Source of the DNA: Gemmata obscuriglobus
GTDB lineage: Bacteria > Planctomycetota > Planctomycetia > Gemmatales > Gemmataceae
Direction: 5' to 3'
Assembly: GCF_008065095.1 (NCBI RefSeq)
Contig: NZ_CP042911.1
Span: forward strand, 8,160,001-8,192,000
DNA: 32,000 bases
In this document: in pieces, positions 1 through 10,192 of the stretch
Layout of the letters: each line of letters begins with the position of its first letter
Numbering within the stretch: the first letter of the stretch is position 1
The notes under the pieces: generated by a model
The model's database searches: none
Told to the model about the DNA's origin: nothing
Seen by the model: only the letters and a program-made list of their open reading frames with translations
Made by a program: the position numbers and the translations under genes

Positions 1-249
1 CGTGTAGCTCAAGTCGAGGGTGGTCAGGCCCTTGAGTGCGGCCAACTCCTTCAGCCCCGTGTCCGTCACCCGCGTGAAGCTCAAGGAGACCTTGGTGACG
101 GGCCGGCCGTCTGGCGTCGTGTTGCGAGTCACCTTCCCGCCGCGCTTCTCGACGAGCGCCACGGCCTTATCCTCGGCCTCGTCCGCACGCGCCGACGGGC
201 ACACCCACAGGACCGCAAGGGCCAAGGCGAGAGCGCACACCCTGAGCAT
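1..249 (-). CDS. Exported leucine-rich-repeat (LRR) protein, N-terminal 83 codons only (gene runs off the left edge)
   Basis: ATG on complement at 249-247. Hand translation: MLRVCALALALAVLWVCPSARADEAEDKAVALVEKRGGKVTRNTTPDGRPVTKVSLSFTRVTDTGLKELAALKGLTTLDLSYT. Signal-peptide-like start. 60 of 83 residues identical to the N-terminus of the 564..1667 ORF by hand alignment. Confidence 0.7.
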   Translation of the reverse strand, partial: MLRVCALALALAVLWVCPSARADEAEDKAVALVEKRGGKVTRNTTPDGRPVTKVSLSFTRVTDTGLKELAALKGLTTLDLSYT

Positions 250-563
250 CGGTGTCTCCAGTTCTGAGGCAGTTCCGGACGGTCTTACGGCGCCGCGGGT
301 CCCGGCGTGCGGAACCCCGCCCTTCGTACACAGACGGCTCCGGCCGCGCCCGGGTCTGGGAGCGCGAGCGGCATCAGCCGCGCGACCGCCCCGCCGATGC
401 GGTCCACTGACTTCGTTTTCGCCGGCCGCACGTTCTTGTACCGGTCCCGATCGAGCCGCACCGCGTTGACGCACCCGCGCCGGCCCGCGGCCCACCAACG
501 CGGATGCCACGCCCGACCTCTCCGGGGCGCCGCCCGTGGCGTGGTGCCGACCGCGGCCTTACG

Positions 564-1667
564 TCAATTCAAGATCTTGCACTTCGGTAGCGCCGAGTTC
601 AACTCCTTCACACCCGCGTCCGTCACCTTCGTGCCGTACAACTCAAGGTTTGTTAGCCCCTTGAGCCCGGCCAGCGCCTTCACACCCGCGTCCGTCATCT
701 CCGTGTAGCTCAAGTCAAGGGTGGTGAGGCCCTTGAGCCCGGACAGCTCCTTCACACCCGCGTCCGTCACCTTCGTGTTGTTCAGGTAGAGGGTGGTCAG
801 GCCCTTGAGCCCGGACAGCTCCTTCAGCCCCACGCCAGTCACTTTCGTGCCAAACAGGTAGAGATGGGTGAGGTTCTTGAGCGCGGCCAACTCCTTCAGC
901 CCTGCGTCCGTCACCGGCGTGCCGGCCAGGTGGAGGTCGGTGAGGTTGAGCCCGGCCAGCTCCTTCAGCCCCGCGTCCGTTACCTTCGTGCCAAGCAGTC
1001 CAAGGCAGGTGAGGCCCTTGAGCGCGGCCAGTTCCTTCAGCCCCGCGTCCGTTACCTTCGTTTGGCTCAAGTCGAGGTCGGCGAGCTTTTTGAGGGCGGC
1101 CAGCTCCTTCAGCCCCGCGTCCGTCACCTCCGTGTTGTTCAGGCGGATGGTGGTGAGGCCCTTGAGCGCGGCCAGCTCCTTCAGCCCCGCGTCCGTTACC
1201 TTCGTGTGGCTCAAGTCGAGGTTAGCGAGCTTTTTGAGGGCGGCCAACTCCTTCAGCCCCGCGTCCGTCACGCCCTTGCCGCTCAGCCTGAGCGTGGTGA
1301 GGTTGTTGAGCGCGGCCAGTTCCTTCATACCCGCGTCCGTCACCGACGTGCTGTTCAGATCGAGGGTGGTGAGGCCCTTGAGCCCGGCCAACTCCTTCAC
1401 GCCCGCGTCCGTTACCCACGTGCTAAACAGGTTGAGGTGGGTGAGGTTCTTAAGCCCGGCCAGCTCTTTCAGCCCCTTGTCCGTCACTCGTGTGAAGCTC
1501 AAGTAGACCTTGGTGACGGGCCGGCCGGCCGGCCTCGTGTCGCGAGTCACCCTCCCGCCGAGCTTCTCGACGAACGCCACGGCCCTATCCTCGGCCTCGT
1601 CCGCACGCGCCGACGGGCACACACACAGGACAGAAACGACCGCGGCGAGCGCCAACGTCCTGAACAT
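564..1667 (-). CDS. Exported LRR protein (about thirteen 24-residue repeats LKELAxLKxLTxLxLxxTxVTDAG)
   Basis: 367-aa ORF. Hydrophobic signal-like N-terminus MFRTLALAAVVSVLCVCPSARA, followed by regular 24-aa LRR units to the C-terminus. Confidence 0.85.
   Translation of the reverse strand: MFRTLALAAVVSVLCVCPSARADEAEDRAVAFVEKLGGRVTRDTRPAGRPVTKVYLSFTRVTDKGLKELAGLKNLTHLNLFSTWVTDAGVKELAGLKGLTTLDLNSTSVTDAGMKELAALNNLTTLRLSGKGVTDAGLKELAALKKLANLDLSHTKVTDAGLKELAALKGLTTIRLNNTEVTDAGLKELAALKKLADLDLSQTKVTDAGLKELAALKGLTCLGLLGTKVTDAGLKELAGLNLTDLHLAGTPVTDAGLKELAALKNLTHLYLFGTKVTGVGLKELSGLKGLTTLYLNNTKVTDAGVKELSGLKGLTTLDLSYTEMTDAGVKALAGLKGLTNLELYGTKVTDAGVKELNSALPKCKILN
605..1490. repeat. Tandem 72-bp coding repeats (LRR units) with high DNA-level identity
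   Basis: Strings such as gcccttgagcgcggccagctccttcagccccgcgtccgttaccttcgt recur every 72 nt. The periodicity also creates repetitive shadow ORFs on the + strand. Confidence 0.8.
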
Positions 1668-2046
1668 CAGTTGCTCCTGGTTCGGGGTAGCCGTTCAGTG
1701 GCGCATTGTACCGCGTACCGCGCCCGGGTCGGAGCGCGGGCGCCGCGGCGACCGCCAGTACGTCCGCAGTCGCCCTCCGGCTCAGAAAGCGGGGCCACCT
1801 CCGTGGGGCTCGGCGTCTGAGAGTCACTGAACGCGCGATTGCAGAACCGGCACCGCTGGGCGAACTCAGCGCGATCCAACCGGCGTTCCGAGTCGGCCGG
1901 AGCGGCGGGCCGCCAAGTCGTAGCCGGAATTCACCCTGGCAGAACATGCCGACGACTTGTCACAAGCGAAATTCCCACCCGGGCCACAAATCGTAGTATC
2001 ATCGGTTCCTCCCCGCGCTGATCGAACCGAAACGGAGAGCCGTCAG

Positions 2047-3678
2047 ATGGCCGAGCACACGCTCCTGACCCAGCGCCCCGCATGGGCCGCGCTGCAGTCG
2101 CACTTCCAGGGCCTCAAGGCCGCGCACCTGCGCGACCTGTTCGCCGCCGACCCTGGCCGCGGCACCCGCCTCACCGCCGAGGCGGTCGGCGTGTTCGCGG
2201 ACTACTCCAAGAACCGCGTCACGGACGAAACGCTCAAGCTCCTGTTCGCGCTCGCCGGCGAGTGCGACCTGAAGGGGCGCATTGAGGCGATGTTCGGCGG
2301 CGAGAAGATCAACATCACCGAGAACCGCGCGGTCCTGCACACCGCCCTCCGCGCCCCGAAGGGGGCCGTCGTCACCGTCGACGGCAAGAACGTGGTGCCG
2401 GAGGTTCACGAGGTGCTCGACGCGATGTCGGCGTTCGCCGACCGCGTTCGTTCGGGCGCGTGGAAGGGGCACACCGGGAAGCCGATCAGGAGCGTCGTGA
2501 ACATCGGCATCGGCGGGTCCGACCTCGGCCCGGTGATGGCGAACGAGGCGCTGCGCTTTTACGCGCAGCGCGACCTCACCTTCCGGTTCCTCTCGAACGT
2601 GGACGGCACCGACTTCGCCGAGACGGTGCGCGACCTGGACCCGGCGGAAACGCTGTTCATCGTGTGCTCGAAGACGTTCACCACCCAGGAGACGATGACC
2701 AACGCGGAGAGCGCCCGCGCCTGGTCGCTCGCGACACTGAAGGACCCGGCGAGCGTGGCGAAGCACTTCGCGGCGGTCAGCACCAACGCCGCGAAGGTGA
2801 AAGAGTTCGGGATCGACACCGCCAACATGTTCGGGTTCTGGGACTGGGTCGGCGGGCGGTACTCGATGGACTCCGCGGTCGGCCTCGCCACGGTGCTCGC
2901 GCTCGGCCCGACCCACTTCCGGCAGATGCTCGACGGCTTCCACGCGATGGACCAGCACTTCCGGACGACGCCCTTCGAAAAGAACGTCCCGGTGATCCTG
3001 GGGCTCATCAGCGTGTGGTACGGCAGCTTCTTCGGCGCCGAAACCGCGGCGGTGCTCCCCTACGACCAGTATCTGAAGCGGTTCCCGGCGTACCTCCAGC
3101 AACTCACGATGGAGAGCAACGGGAAGCGGGTCACGCTGGGCGGGGCCGAGGTCGATTACCAAACCGGCGCGGTGTACTGGGGCGAGCCGGGCACGAACGG
3201 GCAGCACAGCTTTTATCAGCTCATCCACCAGGGGACGAAACTGATCCCGTGCGACTTCATCGCGTTCAGCAAGTCGCTGAACCCGGTGGGGCGGCACCAC
3301 GACCTGCTGATGGCGAACGTGTTCGCCCAGGCCGAGGCGCTCGCGTTCGGCAAAACCGCCGAACAGGTGCGGGCCGACAAGGTCGAGGAGTGGCTGGTGC
3401 CGCACAAGACGTTCCCGGGCAACCGGCCGTCGAACGTGCTGCTGCTGGAGAAGCTGACCCCGTTCGCGCTGGGCACGCTCGTGGCCCTGTACGAGCACAT
3501 CGTGTTCACGCAGGGGGTGATCTGGGACATCGGCTCGTTCGACCAGTGGGGGGTGGAACTGGGCAAGGCGCTGGCGTCGCGGATCGTGCCAGAACTCGAG
3601 GCGGCGACCGAACCCGACCTGAAGCACGACAGCTCGACCAACGCGCTGATCCGCCGCTACCGCCAGGGAAAGAAGTGA
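2047..3678 (+). CDS. pgi: Glucose-6-phosphate isomerase
   Basis: ORF 1957..3678 carries PGI hallmarks ([36 protein letters not shown]). I place the start at the internal ATG at 2047 (MAEHTLLTQ), preceded by ggagag. The upstream 30 codons look non-protein-like. Confidence 0.93.
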   Translation: MAEHTLLTQRPAWAALQSHFQGLKAAHLRDLFAADPGRGTRLTAEAVGVFADYSKNRVTDETLKLLFALAGECDLKGRIEAMFGGEKINITENRAVLHTALRAPKGAVVTVDGKNVVPEVHEVLDAMSAFADRVRSGAWKGHTGKPIRSVVNIGIGGSDLGPVMANEALRFYAQRDLTFRFLSNVDGTDFAETVRDLDPAETLFIVCSKTFTTQETMTNAESARAWSLATLKDPASVAKHFAAVSTNAAKVKEFGIDTANMFGFWDWVGGRYSMDSAVGLATVLALGPTHFRQMLDGFHAMDQHFRTTPFEKNVPVILGLISVWYGSFFGAETAAVLPYDQYLKRFPAYLQQLTMESNGKRVTLGGAEVDYQTGAVYWGEPGTNGQHSFYQLIHQGTKLIPCDFIAFSKSLNPVGRHHDLLMANVFAQAEALAFGKTAEQVRADKVEEWLVPHKTFPGNRPSNVLLLEKLTPFALGTLVALYEHIVFTQGVIWDIGSFDQWGVELGKALASRIVPELEAATEPDLKHDSSTNALIRRYRQGKK

Positions 3679-3726
3679 GGTGCGGAGTCCGGGCGGCTCA
3701 GAGATCGAACTGGACAGATTGACCCA

Positions 3727-3758
3727 CCACGTGCCCGCTGCCGTCCGCGGGCACGTGG
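3727..3758 (+). terminator. 12-bp perfect GC-rich hairpin downstream of pgi (possible terminator, no U-tract)
   Basis: ccacgtgcccgc (3727-3738), 8-nt loop, gcgggcacgtgg (3747-3758). Lies about 50 nt after the pgi stop. Confidence 0.35.
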
Positions 3759-3943
3759 CGACGTGCCGCAGCGCTTACCCGCGCCCGCCGCACCGCTTCC
3801 GACCGGTCTCCAGGCCCGCTTGTCACCGGTCCCGGTTACTCGTGGCATCCAGAGCGTCGTACCCCATTTTTTCCGCCGCTCAAGAGCGGAGCGCCCGGCG
3901 CGACCGCAGCGTGTCACGCACAACGCTCCGAAAGCGACTGCGG

Positions 3944-4336
3944 TTATGACACAGGGTGTCGCGTTGGCGCTTCGACCGCTGATTTGGCCAGCACCGAAGC
4001 GGGCCGGCCCGGCATGACGGAATCAATCCCGAGCAGGATCGCGAGTGTCGTCAAAATAGAAGGGATTGCGAGAAGACTAATGATCCAAAGAGCGCCACCG
4101 TCGCCGATTCCGCGATCAGGTCTGGGCAGCCTCAACGCCAAAACCACGAGAGGGACGACCACGCTGGACAGAACGGCCGCGCCCAAGCACAGCACCGCGA
4201 GGCGAAATTCGGACCGGTTGCGGACGCGCTCCGGGGAACCCATCGCGGCCCAAAACATCCCGATGATGAGCGCGCCAGCGACGGGACCGTGCCCGAGAAA
4301 CCAGACCACACCAACGATGATGATCGTGAACTCCAT
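3944..4336 (-). CDS. Small integral membrane protein, hypothetical (about 4 hydrophobic segments)
   Basis: 130-aa ORF MEFTIIIVGVVWFLGHGPVAGALIIGMFWAAMG. aagagg lies 8 nt upstream of the ATG. Locally lower GC than its neighbours. Confidence 0.55.
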   Translation of the reverse strand: MEFTIIIVGVVWFLGHGPVAGALIIGMFWAAMGSPERVRNRSEFRLAVLCLGAAVLSSVVVPLVVLALRLPRPDRGIGDGGALWIISLLAIPSILTTLAILLGIDSVMPGRPASVLAKSAVEAPTRHPVS

Positions 4337-4514
4337 CGCGTGCCTCTTGTCGTGGCGCCGCTCCGGGGCCAGTCGCTTCTGGCTGGCGTGATTCGAATCT
4401 CACCGGAACCGGGGGGGGCCCCCACCGTGAACGTGCCGGATCGCGCTCGAAACCACCGGAATCGGCAATCCACGGACAAAGACGACGCTTCCGCGCAGTC
4501 ATTCCCACCGCGGC

Positions 4515-5561
4515 TCATTTTTCGCGGCGGATGCTCCACTCGGTGACGGCTTCCAGGATGGAGCGGGCGTCCCCACGGGGCAGGCACTCCAGCTCTTGCC
4601 GCGCGGAGCGGGACAGCTCCTCGGCGCGGCGCTTCGCGTAGGTCACCGACTGCGTCTTCTCCAGGGCTTGCAGCACCCGGGCGCCCAGCCCCTCGCCGCC
4701 GGCCCGGATCAGGTCGCGGAGCTTGGCCGCTTCGCCCGCGGGGAGCCGGTTCAGGCAGTGGATGACAGGCAGGGTCAGTTTCTGCTGTTCGAGGTCGGTG
4801 CCCAGCGTCTTGCCCGCCGCCTCTTCGGTGCCGGTGAGGTCGAGCAGGTCGTCGGCGATCTGGAACGCAAGCCCGACCGAGCGCCCGTAGCTCGCCATCT
4901 TCGCGGCCACCTCTTCCGACGCGCCGGCGTAGAGCGCACCCAGCCGCCCGCAGCACTCGGTGAGGGCCGCCGTCTTGCCGTCGATGACCGCGAAGTAGTC
5001 GGCCTCGCTCAGCTCAAGGTTGCCGCGCTCGGTCACCTGGCGCAGCTCGCCGGCGCACACGCGGTTGGTGACCTCGCCGGTGATCTGGCACGCGCGGCCG
5101 TCCACGGTGCTGGTGAGGTGGAACGCGTGCGTGAACAGCATGTCGCCGAGCAGGATGCTGACCTTGTTGCCCCACCCGGCGCGGAACGTGGGGGCGTGGC
5201 GGCGCACGTCGGCCTCGTCCAGCACGTCGTCGTGAACGAGCGTGGCCGTGTGGATCATCTCCATCGCGGCGGCCAGCGTGTGGTGCGCGGGGGCCACCCC
5301 GCCGCACGCCTCCGCGGTGAGCAGCAGCAGCGCGGGGCGGAGCCGCTTGCCGCGGTAGTGCCGGAGGTGTTCGACGAGCGGGCCGAACGGGCCTTTGTGC
5401 GGGGCCAGGGTGCGGTCGAAAATGCGTTCCGCTTCGGCGATGTCGCTCGCGATCGGGCCGAACATCAGGGCCGCCTTCAGGCCGTTACGGTACGCGGGGT
5501 CGAGCCCCGCGGCGGGTCCGCCGGTCACGGCGGGCGAAACAGTTGCCATTGCGGTCCCCAT
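4515..5561 (-). CDS. Polyprenyl-diphosphate synthase (trans-isoprenyl diphosphate synthase family, IspB-like)
   Basis: Both Asp-rich motifs are present (LVHDDVLDEAD and FQIADDLLD). The ORF is open to 5624, but the ATG at 5561 (MGTAMATV) is preceded by gggaggg. Start uncertain. Confidence 0.88.
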   Translation of the reverse strand: MGTAMATVSPAVTGGPAAGLDPAYRNGLKAALMFGPIASDIAEAERIFDRTLAPHKGPFGPLVEHLRHYRGKRLRPALLLLTAEACGGVAPAHHTLAAAMEMIHTATLVHDDVLDEADVRRHAPTFRAGWGNKVSILLGDMLFTHAFHLTSTVDGRACQITGEVTNRVCAGELRQVTERGNLELSEADYFAVIDGKTAALTECCGRLGALYAGASEEVAAKMASYGRSVGLAFQIADDLLDLTGTEEAAGKTLGTDLEQQKLTLPVIHCLNRLPAGEAAKLRDLIRAGGEGLGARVLQALEKTQSVTYAKRRAEELSRSARQELECLPRGDARSILEAVTEWSIRREK

Positions 5562-5643
5562 CACGCGGCCCTCCCGCATTCCGGTGCGTGCCGCAATCCG
5601 GAAAGCATACGCCCGCGGTGCCAACCGTCAATTGCCGGGGGAG

Positions 5644-6123
5644 TTACGACGGGTCGCGGGCGAAGTGCCCGCTGCGCCCCCCGTCCTTCTCCTCCAGGCG
5701 GACCGCCTCGACCGTCATACCGCGGTCGGCGGACTTGCACATGTCGTACACCGTCAGGGCTGAGACCGTAACCGCGGTCAGGGCCTCCATTTCAACACCC
5801 GTGCGCGCGAAAACGGTCACAACAGCCTCGATCCGCAGCGCATCGGCCGCCGGGAAGCTGAACTCGAGCTTCACCGACGTGAGCGTCAACGGGTGGCACA
5901 GCGGGATGAGATCGGCCGTTTTCTTGGCGGCCATGATCCCGGCGAGCCGGGCGACCTCAAGGACGTCGCCCTTCGCCAGCTCCTTGTTGCGGATCAGGGC
6001 GAGCGTGGCGGGCTGCATGCGCACCAGGGCCGACGCCCGCGCGACGCGGTGCGTTTCGGCCTTCGCGCCGACGTCCACCATCCGCGAGGCGCCCGAGTCG
6101 TCGAAGTGCGAGAGGGTGGTCAT
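5644..6123 (-). CDS. moaC: Cyclic pyranopterin monophosphate synthase MoaC
   Basis: 159 aa. Typical MoaC sequence: [56 protein letters not shown]. Confidence 0.93.
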   Translation of the reverse strand: MTTLSHFDDSGASRMVDVGAKAETHRVARASALVRMQPATLALIRNKELAKGDVLEVARLAGIMAAKKTADLIPLCHPLTLTSVKLEFSFPAADALRIEAVVTVFARTGVEMEALTAVTVSALTVYDMCKSADRGMTVEAVRLEEKDGGRSGHFARDPS

Positions 6124-6223
6124 GGGTGGGCTTAACGCCGAATCGTGGTTGATACTGGTGTAGCCGGCTCCCCTCGCATAGGTCGGATGCAGGGAGGCAC
6201 GAACGGTCAGGCTTTGGCTGCGC

Positions 6224-7123
6224 TCATGGTCTCACCGGCGGAAGCAGCCGGGCGCCGCGTTCTCCGCTCGAAGGCATCGGCGGCGGCAACTCTTCCGTGC
6301 CCGCGGGTAATGCGGGCGGCACGCCCGGCGGCGGTGACTCTGGGAGGAGCCGTGTACGCCCGCCGCCCGGGGGGACGGTCATTCGGGGCACGGCGGGGCC
6401 GCCCGGCACCGGTTGCGGGTAAGGGAGCACGGCTCCGCCGGGGCCGCGGGGCGGAACCGTGACCCGCACCGTTATGTCGCGATCGGCCTCGAACGCCCGT
6501 CCGTCGGCGGTGGTGAGCCGGACCGCCACGCGCACGCGGTCCGAAGACGGGAGCGTTTGCCACGGCACCGCGACGAAGTACCCGGTGCTGATGAGCCCGC
6601 TTTTCCAAGTCCCGCGGAGCTTCTCGGCCGAAATTTCCCACGACCCGACCGGGCTCTTGAGGCCCGCGGGCGAAATCTCCCACGCCGCGACCAGCGCCCG
6701 GGCAGGCACCTTGATCGCGGAGCCGTCCTCGTCGCGCGGGACGATCACCACCATCAGCCCCTCGTCGCCGGGGGCGCCGTCCTCGTCGATGCCCCCGGTG
6801 CCGCGGGCGATGTCGATTTGTTTGATCGGATAGAACGGCCCCCCACGGCCGCTCACCGGCGTTCCGGGCTGCGGTTCCGGGCGCTGGGCGGTTTCGTACG
6901 CGCGGAGCAAGTTGCGAGATTGCTCCAGCGCCGCGCGGGTGTCGGCCAACTCGCGCTCGCGGGTGCGGAGTTCGGCCTCGATCAGGTCGTACCGGTTGTT
7001 GGACGACTTGCAACCGGTGCCGAGCGAACAGTGGGCGGCGAGGAGTGTGCAGACGAACCACCGGACCGCCCGCCGGCGGTGCCGCAGCGACTGACCCGGC
7101 GGTGGTGTGTGGTTCGTCTGCAT
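6224..7123 (-). CDS. Hypothetical lipoprotein with short coiled-coil and Pro-rich C-terminus
   Basis: 299-aa ORF starting 31 nt downstream of the clpP stop. Lipobox-like LGTGC follows a hydrophobic stretch. Overlapping alternative-frame ORFs (6207..7061, 6413..8011) look like Arg/Gly/Pro-rich GC artefacts. Confidence 0.6.
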   Translation of the reverse strand: MQTNHTPPPGQSLRHRRRAVRWFVCTLLAAHCSLGTGCKSSNNRYDLIEAELRTRERELADTRAALEQSRNLLRAYETAQRPEPQPGTPVSGRGGPFYPIKQIDIARGTGGIDEDGAPGDEGLMVVIVPRDEDGSAIKVPARALVAAWEISPAGLKSPVGSWEISAEKLRGTWKSGLISTGYFVAVPWQTLPSSDRVRVAVRLTTADGRAFEADRDITVRVTVPPRGPGGAVLPYPQPVPGGPAVPRMTVPPGGGRTRLLPESPPPGVPPALPAGTEELPPPMPSSGERGARLLPPVRP

Positions 7124-7153
7124 CCCTGCCTACTGCCCACTGGTCGCGGCCCG

Positions 7154-7771
7154 CTACTCCGGCGGGCGGGCCGCCGCGAACGCTTCCGCCGGCATCCGTT
7201 CCAGCACCTTATCGATCAGGCCGAACTCGCGGGCCTCCTGCGCGGACATGAAGTTGTCGCGGTCGGTGCCCTTGAGGATCTTCTCGACCGGCTGGCCGCA
7301 GTGATCGGCCATCAGCTTGTTGAGCGTCTCCTTCGTGCGGAGGAACTCCTTCGCGTGGATCAGGATCTCCTCCGCGGTGCCCTCGCTACCGGCGCTGGGC
7401 TGGTGGATCATCACGCGGGCGTGGGGCAGCGCGTACCGCTTCCCCTTGGTGCCCGCGGTCAGCAGCATCGCGCCCATGCTGGCCGCCTGGCCGATGCAGT
7501 AAGTCGCCACGTCGCAGGTGATGAACTGCATCGTGTCGTAGATCGCCATGCCCGCGGTGACGCTCCCGCCGGGGCTGTTGATGTACAGGCTGATGTCGCG
7601 CTTCGGGTCCTCGAACTGCAGGTACAGCATCTGGGCGACGATCAGGTTCGCCATGTCGTCCTGAACGACGCCCTGCATGAAGATGATCCGGTCCTTCAGC
7701 AGCCGGCTGTAGATGTCGTAGGCGCGTTCTTCGCGGCCCCGGCTCTCAACCACGATCGGTACGAGCGGCAT
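7154..7771 (-). CDS. clpP: ATP-dependent Clp protease proteolytic subunit
   Basis: 205 aa. Motifs: [32 protein letters not shown] (catalytic Ser), MIHQPS (His), [12 protein letters not shown] (Asp). Confidence 0.95.
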   Translation of the reverse strand: MPLVPIVVESRGREERAYDIYSRLLKDRIIFMQGVVQDDMANLIVAQMLYLQFEDPKRDISLYINSPGGSVTAGMAIYDTMQFITCDVATYCIGQAASMGAMLLTAGTKGKRYALPHARVMIHQPSAGSEGTAEEILIHAKEFLRTKETLNKLMADHCGQPVEKILKGTDRDNFMSAQEAREFGLIDKVLERMPAEAFAAARPPE

Positions 7772-7841
7772 GTCAGGCTCTCCGGGCGGGCCGCCGCGGC
7801 TCTTATATCGGGCCGGCGGCGCGCGGGTGATTGGGGGTGTA

Positions 7842-7876
7842 TGCGGAATGCGGGGTGCGGGGCGCGGGGCGCGGGC
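7842..7876. repeat. Five tandem heptads (TGCGGAA TGCGGGG TGCGGGG CGCGGGG CGCGGGC) containing a G-quadruplex-type motif
   Basis: Read directly in the clpP-clpP intergenic region. GGGGTGCGGGGCGCGGGGCGCGGG at 7852-7875 on the + strand, which is the template strand for the clp operon. Confidence 0.6.
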
Positions 7877-7938
7877 TCAGAACCCGAAGTGCCGCACCGG
7901 TCGGTACGGTTTGCCCGCCTTCACTCCCGCACCCCGGG

Positions 7939-8565
7939 TCACTTCTTGAGTTCGGGGCGGACCAGCACCTCGTCCACCAGCCCGAACGCCTTGGCCTCGT
8001 CGGCGTGGTAGTACTTGTCGCGGTCCGTCTCCCGCGCGATGATCTCGACCGGCTGGCCGGTGTGCTTCGCCAGGATCTCGTTCAGCCGGCCCCGCTCGCG
8101 CAGGATCTCGTTGGCCTGGATCTCGATGTCCGACACCTGCCCGCCGACCTGCCCGTAGGGCTGGTGGATCATCACCTTCGAGTTGGGCATCGCGTACCGC
8201 TTCTTCGGGCTGCCGGCGGCCAGGAGCACCGCCGCCCCGCTGGCCGCGAGGCCCATGCAGAACGTGTTGATCGGCGACTGCATGAACTGCATGGTGTCGT
8301 AGATCGCCAGCGTCGCCGACACCGACCCGCCCGGGCTGTTGATGTACAGGCTGATGTCCTCGCTCTTCTTCTCGTACTCGAGGTACAGGAGCTGCTTGAT
8401 GACGAGGGTGGCGACGTCGTTGTTGATCGGCCAGTTGAGGAAGATGATGCGCTGCTCGAGCAGCAGGTCGTCGAGCGTCAGCGTCCGCTGGCGCGCGTAC
8501 TGGCCGCGCTGGAGGAGCGGCTCGAACGGGCCGGCCGCGGCCGTCGGGTCGAACGGTGGGAACAT
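7939..8565 (-). CDS. clpP: Second ClpP paralogue (ATP-dependent Clp protease proteolytic subunit)
   Basis: 208 aa. Motifs: [32 protein letters not shown] (Ser retained, flanks diverged), MIHQPYG, ETDRDKYYHADEA. Confidence 0.9.
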   Translation of the reverse strand: MFPPFDPTAAAGPFEPLLQRGQYARQRTLTLDDLLLEQRIIFLNWPINNDVATLVIKQLLYLEYEKKSEDISLYINSPGGSVSATLAIYDTMQFMQSPINTFCMGLAASGAAVLLAAGSPKKRYAMPNSKVMIHQPYGQVGGQVSDIEIQANEILRERGRLNEILAKHTGQPVEIIARETDRDKYYHADEAKAFGLVDEVLVRPELKK

Positions 8566-8680
8566 GGTTGGCCTTCCGGGCTTACGCCACTTCGCCGCGA
8601 CCCGGGGCCAGAGAGCGCGGGCACTCCGTCCTGAGTCGCGGCGAACGAGAAAGAGGGTCAGTTACACTGTACGCGTGCGG

Positions 8681-10192
8681 TCAACTGGCGCTGTCGCCCT
8701 TGGCCTCGCCCTCGGCGGGCGCCGGGGCCGGGGCGTCGGGCAGCACCGCCTGCTCCACGGTCGCCACCTCGCCCTGCTGCGCCTCGGAGTTGAGCTCGTA
8801 GTCCTCGTAGGTGGCGCTGCCGAGGATCAGGTCGAGCGCCTTCCGCTCGAGCAGGTCGGCCGCGACCGCCTCCATCAGGTCTTCCTTCTCGAGCCGGGCG
8901 CGGACCTTGCGCGGGCTCTCGCCCGACTGGTCCGCGATCCGGTCGATCTCGGTGTCGATGTCGTCCTCTTCGATCTCGATCTTCTCGACCTCGGCGATCT
9001 TCTGGAGCACGAAGTGCTCCTTGAGCGCCTCGGCGGTGCTCTTCAGCACGTCCTGCTCGAGGATGCGGCTGCGGCCGCGGATCTGCTCGTCGCTCATGCC
9101 CGCGTTCCGCATCTCCATGACCTTACGGGCCAGGGTCTTGCGGGCCTGCTTGCGGAGCATGTCCTGCGGCAGCTCCCACGCGGCCGCGGCGGCGATCTGC
9201 TGGAGCACCTGCTCGCGGGCCACGCGGCGCTGGGTGTACTCGAGCCGGCGGTTCAGCACCGCCTCGACCAGCTCGGTGAACGCCTCCGGGGTGCTGACCC
9301 CGAACGCCGATTCGAGCAGGTCCGACGTGAGCTCCGGCTGCCGGGTGGTCTTCACGTCCTTGACGGTGAACTGCGCCTGCACGGTCTGGCCGCGGAGCTG
9401 CTCGGTCGCGGTCTCCTGCGACAGCGTGATGTCGACCACCCGCACGTCGCCGGACTTGGCACCTGCCATCGTCTTGCCGAAGTCGGCCGCGACGCCGTCC
9501 GACAGCGCGAGCTGCGGCTCGACCTTGACCTGCACCTCGTCGAGCTTGTTGATCTCCTTGCCCTGGAAGGAGATGGCCACGTCCGCGGAGATGACGTCGT
9601 ACAGCTCGGCGACGCCCGAGTCCTTCGGCACGATCTGGCCGTACGGGTCGAGCAGCCGCTTCTTCTCGTTCGCGACCTCTTCGGCCGTGTACGTGTGGGT
9701 GGGGCGCCGGAGCTTCAGCCCCTTGTACTCGGGCAGGTCGAACTCGGGCCGGACCTCAATGTCGAACTCGTAAACGAACGGCCCCTCCTTGGGGATGTTC
9801 ACGAGGTTCGGGTCGAACTCGGGCGGGCTGAGCGGCGAGATGGCCTGCTCGTCGGCGAGCTGCTCGAGGCTCGCCATGAGCACCTGCGACTTGATCTCGT
9901 CGGCGACGGTGGTGTAGTACCGCTTCTCGATCATCTTGCGCGGGGCCTTGCCCGGGCGGAACCCGCGGACCTGCGGCTCCTCGCTGAGCGTCAGTTCCGT
10001 GAACTTCTCGTTGAACCGATCGTCGATGGCCTTGCGGTCCACGGTCACCTTGACGTGCTTTTTGCACGGCCCGATGTCCTTGATCTCGACCGTCTGAACC
10101 AGCTTGCCGTTTTCCTCACCAGCTTCTGCGCCGGGCGCTTCCGCGACGGCGGTGGCTTCGGCCGGCGGGGTGGTCTCGTCGTCGTTCGCCAT
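8681..10192 (-). CDS. tig: Trigger factor (extended acidic/Ala-Pro-rich termini)
   Basis: 503 aa. The N-terminal ribosome-binding region contains GFRPGKAPRKMIEKRY. Sits immediately upstream of clpP, the classical tig-clpP arrangement. Strong SD gggaggaaacaccc before the ATG at 10192. Confidence 0.9.
   Translation of the reverse strand: MANDDETTPPAEATAVAEAPGAEAGEENGKLVQTVEIKDIGPCKKHVKVTVDRKAIDDRFNEKFTELTLSEEPQVRGFRPGKAPRKMIEKRYYTTVADEIKSQVLMASLEQLADEQAISPLSPPEFDPNLVNIPKEGPFVYEFDIEVRPEFDLPEYKGLKLRRPTHTYTAEEVANEKKRLLDPYGQIVPKDSGVAELYDVISADVAISFQGKEINKLDEVQVKVEPQLALSDGVAADFGKTMAGAKSGDVRVVDITLSQETATEQLRGQTVQAQFTVKDVKTTRQPELTSDLLESAFGVSTPEAFTELVEAVLNRRLEYTQRRVAREQVLQQIAAAAAWELPQDMLRKQARKTLARKVMEMRNAGMSDEQIRGRSRILEQDVLKSTAEALKEHFVLQKIAEVEKIEIEEDDIDTEIDRIADQSGESPRKVRARLEKEDLMEAVAADLLERKALDLILGSATYEDYELNSEAQQGEVATVEQAVLPDAPAPAPAEGEAKGDSAS

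Noticed and set aside
605-1490. Possible CRISPR array, given regularly spaced repeats
   Set aside because: The repeat units are contiguous 72-bp coding units of an LRR protein, with no unique spacers. This is not CRISPR architecture. No CRISPR array was seen anywhere in the window.
864-1820. Long + strand ORFs (864..1820, 868..1506) with highly repetitive translations
   Set aside because: They are antisense to the LRR gene. Their periodic sequence only mirrors the 72-bp LRR repeats. There is no start context or protein-like composition.
1999-3627. 542-aa minus-strand ORF and the 420-aa + strand ORF 2460..3722
   Set aside because: They are antisense or out of frame to pgi. Their Arg/Gly/Pro/Ala-rich composition is typical of open non-coding frames in high-GC DNA.
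8591-8646. 11-bp inverted repeat (ttcgccgcgac ... gtcgcggcgaa) between tig and clpP
   Set aside because: The loop is long (over 30 nt) and there is no U-tract, so the evidence for a terminator or attenuator is weak.
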